Part shown: positions 24,501-36,076 of the stretch, piece by piece | Numbering within the stretch: the stretch's first letter is position 1 | How the letters are laid out: the number at the start of each line of letters is the position of its first letter | Origin: Bugula neritina | Lineage: Eukaryota > Animalia > Bryozoa | Length of the DNA: 64,000 nucleotides | Direction: 5' to 3' | Assembly (NCBI GenBank): GCA_964035545.1 | Contig: OZ037767.1 | Span: 9,806,581-9,870,580 of the forward strand | Position numbers and translations under genes: made by a program | The notes under the pieces: model-generated | What the model was told of the DNA's origin: nothing | The model's input: only the letters and a program-made list of their open reading frames with translations | The model's database searches: none

Positions 24501-27500
24501 TTATAATATAAGTACTGCGCAGTAGTGGTAGTAAGAGTAGTGGTAATAGTAGTAATAGTAGTTGTGGTGGTAGTGGTGGTGGTAGTGATGATTGTGGTGT
24601 GGGTCGTATAGTAGTGGTATAGGTAGTGGTAGTAGCAGTTATGTTGGTCGTTGTCGTGGTAGTCCTAGTAGTTATAATATTGGTATAAGTAATTGTAGTT
24701 GTAGTACTTAGTTGACAGTGTTCAACAAGTTTTAGCTTATGCATTTAATTTAAGTTTTGCACGTGCGTATTTCTTACTAATGTTAAACCTGAATTTGCTA
24801 TGCTAATCAGTCATATCCTACAACACAACAACTTCCTCTTCTGTTGCTAGGGTTCGTTGCTATAGTAAACAAGGAAATGTCTGCAAAGTTTGGCTCATTG
24901 GTTGATCAGGCTGAGAAGTTCCTTGACCTTTTACCCTGGCCTAAAGAGTTTGAGAAAGACAAGTTCCTGATGCCTGACTTTACGTCTCTCGATGTGCTGA
25001 CATTCGCTGGCAGCGGAATTCCCGCAGGGATAAACATACCTAACTGTAAGTAGATACCTAACTGTAAGTAGATACCTAACTGTAAGTAGATACCCATCTG
25101 TAAGTAGATACCCAACTGTAAGTAGATACCTAACTGTAAGTAGATACCTAACTGTAAGTAGATACCCAGCTGTAAGTAGATACACAACTGTAAGTAGATA
25201 CACAACTGTGAGTAGATACACAACTGTAAATAGATATTTGCACCAAACTATAATAGATATCCTACTGTGAGGATGCGCTCAATTTTAAATGGATACTTTT
25301 ACTCTATTGTATGTATTTACTTATACCAAACTTTAAGTAGATATTTGTACCAAAATGTAAGTAGATACCAAACTGTAAGTAGATATTGAAACTTGACTCT
25401 GTAGATATTGTTATATGTGCTGGCAAATATTTATTCCTGTGTTAGAAACTTCCTGGTAGGGAAAATAAATTTTAAAAGTTTTGATTTCCTTCAAGGCTCA
25501 ATACAATATGGAATTTATTACTTATTTTGTTTTCATATTTTATTGGTTTAATGTAAATTGCAGTCAATATTTTTTTTCCTTAAGATGATGAGATTCGCCA
25601 AAGTGAAGGCTTTAAGAACGTCTCCCTGGGCAACGTCCTGTCATCCAGCTATAAGAGAGACAAGCTAGAAAATGTTACATTTGTCTCTCACTCAGACAAG
25701 GTAAGCTACGCATTGGATACACTTGATATACTCATTCAAAAACAATGGATTTATATTTTTCCTTTTTCCAGAATTTAAGCTTGTACTGTTGCTTTTTTTG
25801 GTAAGTGGTCATAGCCGTAGATGATAACTACTTCTTCTCTCCCACATTGGGCTAGTTAGTCTTCGAAATGCTTGTGAAAAACTGATATGTTATTGTGTAT
25901 ACACTAGCACTTCTGCTCCTTTTCTTCTTATTCGCTATATTTTTCTATTTATATACTTTTATTATGTCTTTTTTCCTAGTGTAGTTCGTATGTGTACTTT
26001 ACTCTAATTTCTCTTTGGTTACAAAGTTTTGCTTTACAAGATATTAACTGCACACAATTGATGTTTGTTTCTCCAGGAAGTGATTCTGCAATGGAAAGCT
26101 CCTTCGTTTGAGGTTCAGGTTGGACTTCATGAACTGCTGGGACACGGAAGTGGAAAGCTGTTTAACAGAGTGCGTAGGTCTATTAATGGAATAGTAGTTT
26201 GTGGCAGCCATTTTGCACTGTTTAATTTGTGTTTGATGTGAATGCTTCTATTGTCGTGTATATTTGTACTTATTGAATAGCTTAGCAAGCTTGAACATAC
26301 CTCTAACTGTTTAGCTATGTTTGTGCTAATAGATTTGTGAATTGCTTCACAGTTGTTATAAGTTACACTTTCTTATAAAGTGGAGGGTTTAAACTGTTTT
26401 GGTTTGATAGATTATAGCAAACAGCAATAACTTTCTGTGACAGCAATTAATTGTTTGGATAATGTAGTAATGTAAAGTAGTTAGTGGTTTTAGTAATGTA
26501 GTTACTAATGTAGTTAGTAGTGTAGTGATGTAGTCAGTAATGTAGTTAGTAATGTAGTTAGTAGTGTAGTATTGTAGTTAGTATTGTACTAATGTAGTTA
26601 GTAATGGAGTTAGTAGTGTAGTAATGTAGTTAGTAATGTACTAATGTAGTTAATAATGTAGTTAGTAGTTAATAGTGTAGTTAGTATTGTATTAATGTAG
26701 TTAGTAATGTAGTTAGTAGTGTAGTATTGTAGTTAGTATTGTACTAATGTAGTTAGTAATGTAGTTAGTAGTGTAGTAATGTAGTTAGTAATGTACTAAT
26801 GTAGTTAGTAGTTAATAGTGTAGTTAGTATTGTACTAATATAGTTATTAATGTAGTTAGTAGTGTAGTGATGTAGTTAGTATTGTACTAATGTAGTTAAT
26901 AATGTAGTTAGTATTGTACTAATATAGTTAGTAATGTAGTTAGTAGTGTACTAATATAGTTAGTAATGTAGTTAGTAGTGTAGTGATGTAGTTAGTATTG
27001 TACTAATGTAGTTAGTAGTGTAGTAATGTAGTTAGTATTGTACTAATGTAGTTAGTAGTGTAGTAATGTAGTTAGTAATGTAGTAATGTAGTTAGTAATG
27101 TAGTGTACTATGCAGTTAGTGGCGAGTATAACATAGTTCGCAAAATACAGAAGACATATTAAACTACAGGAGGCTGACGGTTCCTTCGACTTTGACAAAG
27201 AGAATACGGTGAACCCACTGAATGGTAAAGCAGTTGACTCATGGTACGAGCAGGGGGAGACATTCTACAGCAAGTTCCCTACTATGAGCTCTTCCTATGA
27301 AGAGTGTCGTGCCGAATGTGTCGGCCTTTTGCTCTGCTTGGATCCCAAAATTCTCAAGTATAATGGCTGTCTCTAATCTTATCTTATCTGTAATTTTTCT
27401 CGTTTGTTTACTTGGCAGCTTCAATCCTACAGAACGGTTTGACTACACATGTATGTTTTATTACAATTCATTTCTGTGCTAATCAGTTGCTGTAACTCTG

Positions 27501-29892
27501 TCTTTGATTGGTTTATTATACAGAGTATTTGGACAGAGTGGAGAAGATGCGGAGAATGTCATATATGCAAACTGGCTTACAATGGCCAGAGCCGGCCTTC
27601 TTGCTTTGGAGTTTTTCTCTCCTGACACTAATTCTTGGAGACAAGTTAGTTCTTTATTTATCTGACATCACCGTCAAGTTTTCAGACATCTGAAGCTTTT
27701 TTTACTTTCTTCTGCTATAGCTTTGAGTTTGCAAGTAGAAACAACCATCAATGTTGTGTTAAAATGATTGCGTTTTATGATTTTATATTGCTTTAAATGT
27801 GACCTCATTTTAACCTTTTCAATTTTGTGTGTTGCATTATCTAACTTCAGCAAGGAGTTGGTTGGATTAAGGAAGAACCTTAAGTCATGTAAAGTTGTTT
27901 GAACTGAGGATTACTGTGTGTTTTATTAGGCTCACATGCAGGCTAGATATGTGATACTACAAGTACTACTGCGTGCTGGGGACGGACTGGTTACCATCAA
28001 GGAGTGCACTGGTGCCGATGGCAAACCAGACCTTCTCCTCACTCTGGACAAATCTAAGATCCACACAGTAGGCAAGAAGGCTATCTCCGACTTTCTGCTT
28101 AAGCTTCAGGTGGGTGGTCCTAGCCTCAATATGGCTGTCTCTAATTATAGAGAGTTTCTGATTGGCTACTGAATGCCGTAATCAGCTTCCAATGTAACAT
28201 TACTATTGAAGAGTGGAGTTTTTCGATAGTAAATAATGTATAAAACTTTTTTATGAATTGTGCTGTGAAAGTTGGCCGCTGATGAACTGATGTAGATTTA
28301 ACCTGCTTCACTTAAATTAATGCAAAATATAAATAGATATCGGTTCACTAACTGCCTTTAAAGTTATGTTTACTGTATTCTTACCAACTCCTAAAATATT
28401 GCTTTACAAAAGCCAAGCTTCAATTAGTATGCGTCAAACTACTTTATAGTTTCGAAATTACACTTCTATAGTTACTACCACTATAAAAATCTCATGTTGG
28501 GGTGTGTGAATAGGACATCCTTACAAAAACATAAATTTATTATTGGCAAGATTTCATTGCATTGGAGTATAGCTTAATCTTTTTGTGTGTTTAAGCTGAG
28601 CATATATCCTAGTTTGAGCTGGTAGAGTTGTACTTGACTGTAATTGTAGAGCTTTTTTTCTATAAAATTGCCTGAAGTGTAGCAAAACTTATTCCCAAGT
28701 CCTCTTGTAATTCAGTCATTTAGCTGTACAATATTATCTGCCTGCAGGTCTTCAAGGCTTTAGCAGATTATCCGTCAGCTAAGCAGATGTACCAAGATGA
28801 GCTCTCCTCTATGACAGATAATGAAGAGGTCAAGTTTACTTCCTGGAGGCAGATAGTTCTGAACAGGAAAATTACTCGCAAGATGATTGTACAGTGCAAC
28901 ACTTTCCTCAATGGTAACTGAATATAGTTGTATAGTAGTATCTCGTCACAGTATCTAGTATTGTTCATTTCCCCAGCAACATAGTTTTCAGGACTTTCTC
29001 AGGTAGAAAGTTTTATCACAAAATATTATTACTGTGTACATCATAGGTACTTTACTAGTTTATTTTGAAGTGGGTGTAAAAAGTTATGTTAAGAGAATTG
29101 CTAGCACAAAAGGTTACTGTTTACATGACACTTTGAACATCCACTCCTAATCAACATATAGTAATGTTTTTACCCATTTACTTATATGTTTGCCAGCTCA
29201 TGTACTTTAATTATTACAGCATACTTACGCAAGTTTATAGTCACTATCCATGTGAGAAAACCCCTGATGGAAGGGTTTTTGTTAAATCAGGCTAAGGATT
29301 CAGATGGGGCACAGGAGTAATTATGACTGGATGCTATTCCTAACATCACCAATGGCTTTTACTGGGGCTCGAACCCATGACTTGGTGTTTACTAGCCAAA
29401 CGCTCTAACCCCTGAACCACGGCTGCTACTATCACAGCATACAAATTTTAATTTGTTTTGGTTTAACGCCTGTTTCTAAAAGGCAAGTTATTAACTTTTT
29501 ATAGTCTAGCATTGTTTCGAGGATGAGTTTTGATTATGGTTGGTGGGTTTTAGTTGTTTACCTGCTCTAATTACGTTGTGATTATTATAAGCACTTGTCA
29601 CAATATAAAACAAGCAAGGAATAGTATATTGTTACAGATTAGTGTAAATGAGTCACAAATAGTTGGCCCTATAACACATAACCTTCATAGATGTTTATAT
29701 TTATATTGAAAATAGAGTGAATTCTGATATCTTAGCTTTTATAACTTAATAGGTGAGGAAGTTACTCTAAAGGAGTATGAACCATCAGCAGCTGGTCTTG
29801 TCCAATCAGTGACTGAGAGATTCGCAGAAGACGTATCCCTGGACAAACTTATGACAGATCTCATTGAATCTGACAAGCAGCATTGGCCTTAA
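21526..29892 (+). CDS. DPP3: Dipeptidyl peptidase 3 (peptidase family M49), 725 aa
   Basis: Fifteen coding exons: 21526-21678, 21949-22065, 22280-22369, 22977-23189, 23377-23592, 24008-24138, 24414-24472, 24851-25045, 25585-25700, 26077-26169, 27170-27357, 27524-27644, 27930-28109, 28748-28913, 29753-29892 (2178 nt). Diagnostic motifs: HELLGH (26128-26145), [44 protein letters not shown] at about 30040. Confidence 0.97.
23660..23995. repeat. Degenerate intronic satellite built from atgtgtc/gacacat-type words (DPP3 intron 5)
   Basis: Repeated tgtcatg/catgaca words in both orientations. Confidence 0.7.
24520..24712. repeat. (GTA/GTG)n degenerate trinucleotide repeat (DPP3 intron 7)
   Basis: agtagtggtagtaagagtagtggtaatagt... 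Confidence 0.85.
25036..25237 (+). repeat. 18-bp minisatellite (atacctaactgtaagtag) x11 spanning the DPP3 exon 8/intron 8 junction
   Basis: GTAAGT at 25046, 25064, 25082, 25100, 25118, 25136, 25154, 25172 and 25190, GTGAGT at 25208, GTAAAT at 25226. Decayed copies continue to about 25410. Confidence 0.95.
26460..27120. repeat. Intronic satellite of gtagttagtaat-like 12-mer and 8-mer units (DPP3 intron 10)
   Basis: About 660 bp of tgtagttagta(a/g/t) variants. Confidence 0.95.
29225..29427 (-). mobile_element. tRNA-derived SINE (family copy 1)
   Basis: The minus strand has an A-box-like TGGTTCAGGGG and B box GGTTCGAGCCC, followed by the core ccattggtgatgttaggaatagcatccagtcataatt. Three more copies occur in the window. 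Confidence 0.85.
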
Positions 29893-30404
29893 CCCATCTA
29901 CCTCAACTGTTAGAAGCATTGTAATACGTTTCCACACGAGATATTCTTCACCTGCTGTCTTATGATTACAGAGAAAATCTGTAGTAGTTGTTCTCTCTTG
30001 AAAGAATATCTTGTAGCCACAGGAAATTTGATTTAGACTAATAAACTTTTACAAGCATCACTGAACTTCTTATATTTACAATTGACTGTATAGTAAATAG
30101 CAGAGACTAACATGTGGTGTCTGTTAGTGTGAACAATATTTATAAACAGTCTTGTGTTTACATGTAATATTATCGTAGAGATAAGTCCTAAAAAAATTCA
30201 AAGAAAACTTTTGATGAAAACTGTTGGGTGCAGTTTTTGAAATGTTTATAATTTAATTATTCAATTGCTATATGTTAAATTCTAGTAACCATACAAAACT
30301 GAAGCGTAATGTAAACATTCAACATTAAATACAACTATTTACACATTGTATATATAAGTATCACAGAAAATTTTAATAATTCAGCCCTAATAAGAAGTCT
30401 ATGT

Positions 30405-33400
30405 TCAAGTTTCTGTACTGAGATCTTCATCAGGGGCGCACAAATATTCTACGAAACTGGGGTGGATATTATCAGCATTTATCATAAACTGGAGAGATAA
30501 GAAGCCCCTCTCGTCTGTACGAATAGACACTTTGTCGGCAGCAGGCAGCACCCTGGTAGACGGTTTCAACAAGGCTGTCTTGTACCTGCAAATTAATATA
30601 AAACAATTATAATTATTTCAAAAATGATGATACAGCCCATGTTTGAAACTTAATAGCCATGTTATTGAATGGTAGCATGGATACAGACAGAAGGAGCATA
30701 CTTTTAGACTTGAACAATGACCAACTCTGCAGTTGACACTAGTCCAAGTGATGCCAAATGGCACAGTTACTCCTACACCAACTTATGCAAATATAACATA
30801 CTCTGATTACTTCACATTAGTTTGGCAATTCCAAACAAATTGATATCATATAAGCCATACAATGTGGATATATGCATTTTTAAATTAAGTGATGCAAGTT
30901 TGAGCAAAGTTCTGAGATGATTTCTATCACAATTCATGATGCCATTGCAATCTCTACACATTATGCAGTAAGCCAAGAAAAGGTAACATTTGTATGTGTA
31001 GTTCCCTACTAATATTGAATAAAATTATTTCATGTGTGACTTTGCGAGTCATATTTTTTTGACCGGCTAGAACTTATTTATTTAGATTAACAGATAGCGC
31101 AGGTAAAATAGTAGCTAACCTGTATGATCTAGTCCGAGCACAATTGAAAGAATCAATATAGTTGGAGTCTTGAGATATTTGTGTGTAGTTGTCTCCACTT
31201 TCTGTATATGTGGTCATTCTATCCAAAAGAAATAACCATATAATATTTATAACATCACACAACGAGCACCTGTATGCAATTATAAATGTTATGGAAAGCA
31301 ATATTGGTTAATCAGATGTGAATAATTGGCAGAAATGTTCCTAATTGCATACAAAAAAACTTTAAAAGCTGCAACTGAATAAAAAATATTTAATGGCGCT
31401 GATAAAAGCTAGTTAGTGTGATACTAGACAGTGCAATCTTATGTCATGTTTGCAATTTACGATAAAATGTTGAACATTACAAGATTAAAAGCACAGCAAT
31501 GCTATGGTTGACAACTCCAGACTGCCAAATAAAGTATACTGCTCTTAAACGAAGTTTATCTTTCGCAAAACTTGAATACCGTCCATTGGAATAATTAGAA
31601 ATAAAGCAGCATGGCCTAAGTTCTAGCAAATATTTACATCACAGGAGAGTGCTACCCTTAAAACAATTACTCCAACTTTAAACCGTTTAAGCTAACCAAA
31701 AGTTTTAAATTGTACACCTACACAATCTTTTGATAAATACCCAATACATAGTAGACTGAGTAAATGTGTCCCCATGCCCATTTTTATGTCAGCTAACGCC
31801 ACCATTTCTTGTAACTAACTATTAAAGAATACCAGAACAATAACATGACTGAAGCTTATATCAACGGGGATGCATACCTAAAGAGAGGTTCATCTGGGGA
31901 CATGAGAATCTCAATAATCTCACTCCGCCCATCTATCTCATTGAAACACTCCTTCAACCCCTCAGCTTTCATTATTATTTTATTCTCTACATTCAAACTG
32001 GTAAATTCAAAGTTCAACGCCATCTCAGCATCCATAGTTTTTATACTGCAATTTGTAACAATCCCACCTGCAATGAATTCGTGTTTATCAGACTAAACCA
32101 GGTGTAGAAAGCCATGTGATAGCAGAGTGACATGGAAGCAATGTCTAATATATCATTATACAGTTGGTACACATCACAAAGACACTTTAAATGGTTTTTC
32201 AGCTTTTAGAGTGAAGACAATTCCTTCATAAGAGGTAATGAACAATACATACATGGAAACAGGTTGGTAAGTGGCTGATAGCCTATTGTGACAAGCCCTT
32301 CCTAATTTCCCTTTAACCTGCTGCAGCTGTACATTCATGCTATACTGATGGTTTAACAACAAACTATATGGAGATAATAAGAGTTGGAGCAAAAAAACTC
32401 TGCACTCTAAGAAAAAGTTAACAATAGTCTCTATATTTGTGAAAAACATAGACTAGAAGAATATGGCTTAAGAACTAATCTTCAAATTAAGTTGAATATT
32501 GAGCAATTCTGAGGGGGCCCACTGTATTTTATATTCTAGTTCTGTCCAAGGACTGATTAAAAAAATTCTACTGAGAATCGCTAGAAGCAGCACTGATTTG
32601 GGGGTGACTGAGTACAGTACTTTTATACACATTCATATGATCTGAACTCCAGACCCCTAACTCCAAACTGAAGACCCCCAAACCACTGCATTCAGTCACT
32701 GAGTCTAGTACAGTGAAGCCTCGGATCCTAGTAATACAATCATACAAGTAGTCGCGTCTCGTACCTTCCTCAATGATGAGAACCAGGGGTTCTCCATATC
32801 CATCATAATACATCATCAGGGAGGGGGTCTTACTCTGCCCCGTAAGAGTGCTGCCAAATATACCCAAACACTCCATAAACACATTCAAGTTAATTTTAAA
32901 CGAAACTTGTTCTTCTTTCAGTACGTAGCAGTAGAAGAGTTCTTTCTGGTAATACAAGTCAAATGTACAAGATTAGTAATAGTAATAGACATACAACATT
33001 AGTTGGGACGCAAACAGCATGAAATGGTTGCTTTTCGTATTTTGGACCTAACATTAACCATAAGCAGCACCCTTATTTTCATTGAAATTAAAAAGACTTA
33101 TTCAGACATTGCATATTAAACTAAACAGAGGTTTGTTCAACTCAATTCATGTTGGTTTTTATCTTCTACTTCTATTAGATGAATTGCTAAGGTGCAACAA
33201 CTGTTGAAATAAGTTACATCATTTTCAAATTACAAAATCAATCTAATAAACTATTAACTAAAACGACTTGCTGGATTTTAACACAGACAGAAATTAGACT
33301 GATTTGCGTGAATTTTATGCAGTCAACGGGCTTAACTCAAAATATTCCAAGCTGCATTCTTATTGGTTAGCAAATTAAAAGAGTATGACAGCATGCAGCG

Positions 33401-34631
33401 TGAACAGCAAAAAGAGGGAAGATAACCCCACAACTCCACAGTGGTGTTCACAGTTTGAGATGTAGTATAAATGGACATAATACTATACAAGTTGAAGCAG
33501 GAGCTTCTAGTAGACTGAATGCTGTTGAGTGATTTTGTTTTTCATTTGTATTTTTATTCACATAAATCGCATCAATGAAACATTATTGATAATAATCTAA
33601 CTAGTAAGATTTAACATAATTTCAAAACCAAATAGTTTATAATTATCCAATTACTGAGTTTATACTCTCAGTGACCAGAATATTTTCTGTGCAACAGATA
33701 ACTACCTCAGAGGTTGTTCCTCACACACAACATATGAGTAAATAAAACTAACCTGTAGGAAAACATTAGCTTGAAGGCATTGGTGGTTTTCTACAGTAAA
33801 CTTTAATCCAAAATCCGTTGCATATACCTGGCAAGGATAATTTAGTTACAAACTTTTGAACTAATAAAGTTTAAAAATTTAGAAAAATCATTTTACAACC
33901 ACTTTAACAGAGAGCTTTAAAAAGTTCGGTGAACAAACATAGTATACTGGCAATCAACAAATGAACTAGAGAATGGTAAATCTGTGACTTTAGAAAATTT
34001 AAGGCTACAACCAAAATTCAAAGAAGAAACACTGATTTAAATTGAATTTCTAAATTTTCCGACCAATTTGATAGTTTGACAATGAAATATTGCTAGCCGT
34101 TTGGTTAAATAACTTAGGACACTGATTAAATTGAGCTCCTAACTTAAACCCTGAATTTTATAGTTGAACATAAATTTTTACACATATATGATTGATACAA
34201 AAAAGTTAAATGATTACTTTAATGATGAATAATTTGAAGTTAGGTGCAGTTTAACAAAATATTGACAGCCCTGAGTATTCTCATATTTAATTTGCAACTA
34301 GTAAGTCAAATAGGCATACTACTACCACCTAGTAATTGACTTTAAACAACATATCAGATAGTTGCAGCAATAGATACATTACTAGCCTAATTTATTTACC
34401 TACAGCTCCGGTAGGAATAGCAATATTTGTAATTCAAGACAATTATAAAGTGGTCAAGATTAGTAAACAGCCATCAGCAATATAACTAACAGTCATAACA
34501 AACTTAATAACTAGTTGTGTGTCATTTACCATGGCAGATTCTCTGAAGTGAATTGTTTTTAACATGGTAAGTATAACCCGAACATCATCAAGTTTAACAT
34601 TGAGTAGATGCTTGTCTGTATTCACATCCAT
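30405..34631 (-). CDS. RAD1: Cell-cycle checkpoint protein RAD1 (9-1-1 clamp subunit), 275 aa
   Basis: Six coding exons: 34631-34530, 33827-33753, 32945-32765, 32067-31878, 31218-31120, 30585-30405 (828 nt). Motifs: LKTIHFRE, GLKFTVENHQCLQANVFLQ, YDGYGEPLVLIIEEGG, LMSPDEPLFR, YKTALLKPST, KVSIRTDERGFLSLQFMI, FVEYLCAPDED. Confidence 0.96.
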
Positions 34632-34869
34632 TATTTTCTAAAAGAAATATAGTTTTTATATTAATCATCACAACCATTTTGTATTTGCTCAATCACTTTT
34701 TCACTACTGCTATCTGCATTCACATTGTCTGCCTATATTTCATGACAAATTTTTCTGCTTCACTAAATTGTACCATTGAATTCAATCAATTATTCCTCTT
34801 TTCTCCTGCCTTGCATACATGGTTTAAGCCTCACTGCTCTCTGCCATAGAGAAAAGTATAAAATCAACT

Positions 34870-35420
34870 TGAACTTTATCTAGACATGGTTTGTGAGATA
34901 GGTAATGGTTGTTGTTGTTGCTTTCCAAAGCCTTTTGCTGTCAAGGGAAAATTTTCTGGTGATAGTGGATTCAAGGAATGTGAACTCCTTTATGGAGCAT
35001 AGATGGCAGTAGTTCGATATGGTGACTAGTAGCACCACTGTATATTGTCTTGTCTCTTTCAAGCTTATTCTTACCTCATCGATCTCCGTTCTGTCCTGTT
35101 TGGATAACGGCTTTTTCAAGCTTATGGTCAACTAAAAGTCATTGCAAGTTTGTGAAAGGTGGCCCATGAGATGTGACGGCAGCATCATCCGTAAGCCTCA
35201 CGTCTCTTATGAACAATAAATGTACCTTTGTATTGGCTCTGTAACAAGCAAGTTGAAAAAGTTTGCTGTTAGCTTTGGTCTGTAGATACTTCAATAAGGC
35301 AAAAAATCCCAAACCATCTGAGTGTAAGACCATAGTCTAACTACATGTCACTCTGTAGGCTATGCTAAATGCCTTAGAAAGTTGCAATCGTATTCCTACT
35401 GCACCATTTTGTTTGCTTTG
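34870..35420 (-). mobile_element. Degenerate RTE-clade non-LTR retrotransposon reverse transcriptase fragment
   Basis: Broken frames read KLFQLACYRANTKV...IRDVRLTDDAAVTSH...LQ and TISLKK...EFTFLESTITRKFSLD, matching the remembered RTE RT pattern KLFNLARLRAKTK..IRDLLFADDAA..LTISLKKT..FTYLGSTIS. Stops and frameshifts are present. Confidence 0.7.
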
Positions 35421-36076
35421 TTGCAGAAGGGTTTGATCATGTCTTGCAGTGCCGGAGAGCTTTCCCATCTTTGAAAGAATTTTGAAAACGTCATATCTGC
35501 CGACTATGTCAAATGAAACTGTATAGCTACAGTTACAGCGTCATTGATATTATACCAACACTCATTACACAGTGTTTACAAATAGCATGTACAGCCATTG
35601 TTGCGACAAACACTAGCAGAGCCCATTAACTATTAATTAGTTGACTCGAATGCAAAGCTTACAAGTAAAGAGTCTCAATATCAATGATTATTATAATACT
35701 CAAAGTCATGATCATAATCATAATGCCACCTAATCTAATAAAAACTGAAAGTCACTGAATAAAAGTGAAAAATACTATCAAATGATATTTCTCAAGACCA
35801 CTGCAAATTCAATTCAATTGAAAAAGTATCTTAGTAATAATTATAATAGAAATGCAATGGAGAACCAGAATAAGAATGCTATGATAAAATTAATCACTCA
35901 TCACTACCACTACCAGTGACCATTTTAGTTTTAGCTGTATTTTTAATGTTAAATTAGTAGTAATACTAATGCTAATAATAATGCTAGTTGATCACTTAAA
36001 TTCTCAAAAGTAGCACTAACGGTAGTTCAGTTAAAGTTGAACTTAATAAGCTTATGTTAGTGATTAATGTTGAGTT

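Noticed and set aside
24906-25223. Minus-strand LQLGIY/YLLTVR repeat ORFs, and a possible CRISPR-like array
   Set aside because: Translations of the 18-bp intronic minisatellite. Units are contiguous with no unique spacers, there are no cas genes, and the context is eukaryotic.
27200-27250. DPP3 lacks the KEAP1-binding ETGE motif (reads NPLNGK)
   Set aside because: ETGE is mainly a vertebrate feature, so its absence in an invertebrate is expected.
29330-29427. tRNA-like sequence with A and B boxes (also at 59053-59125)
   Set aside because: No complete cloverleaf, and it is attached to a repeated core and tail. These are SINE heads, not tRNA genes.
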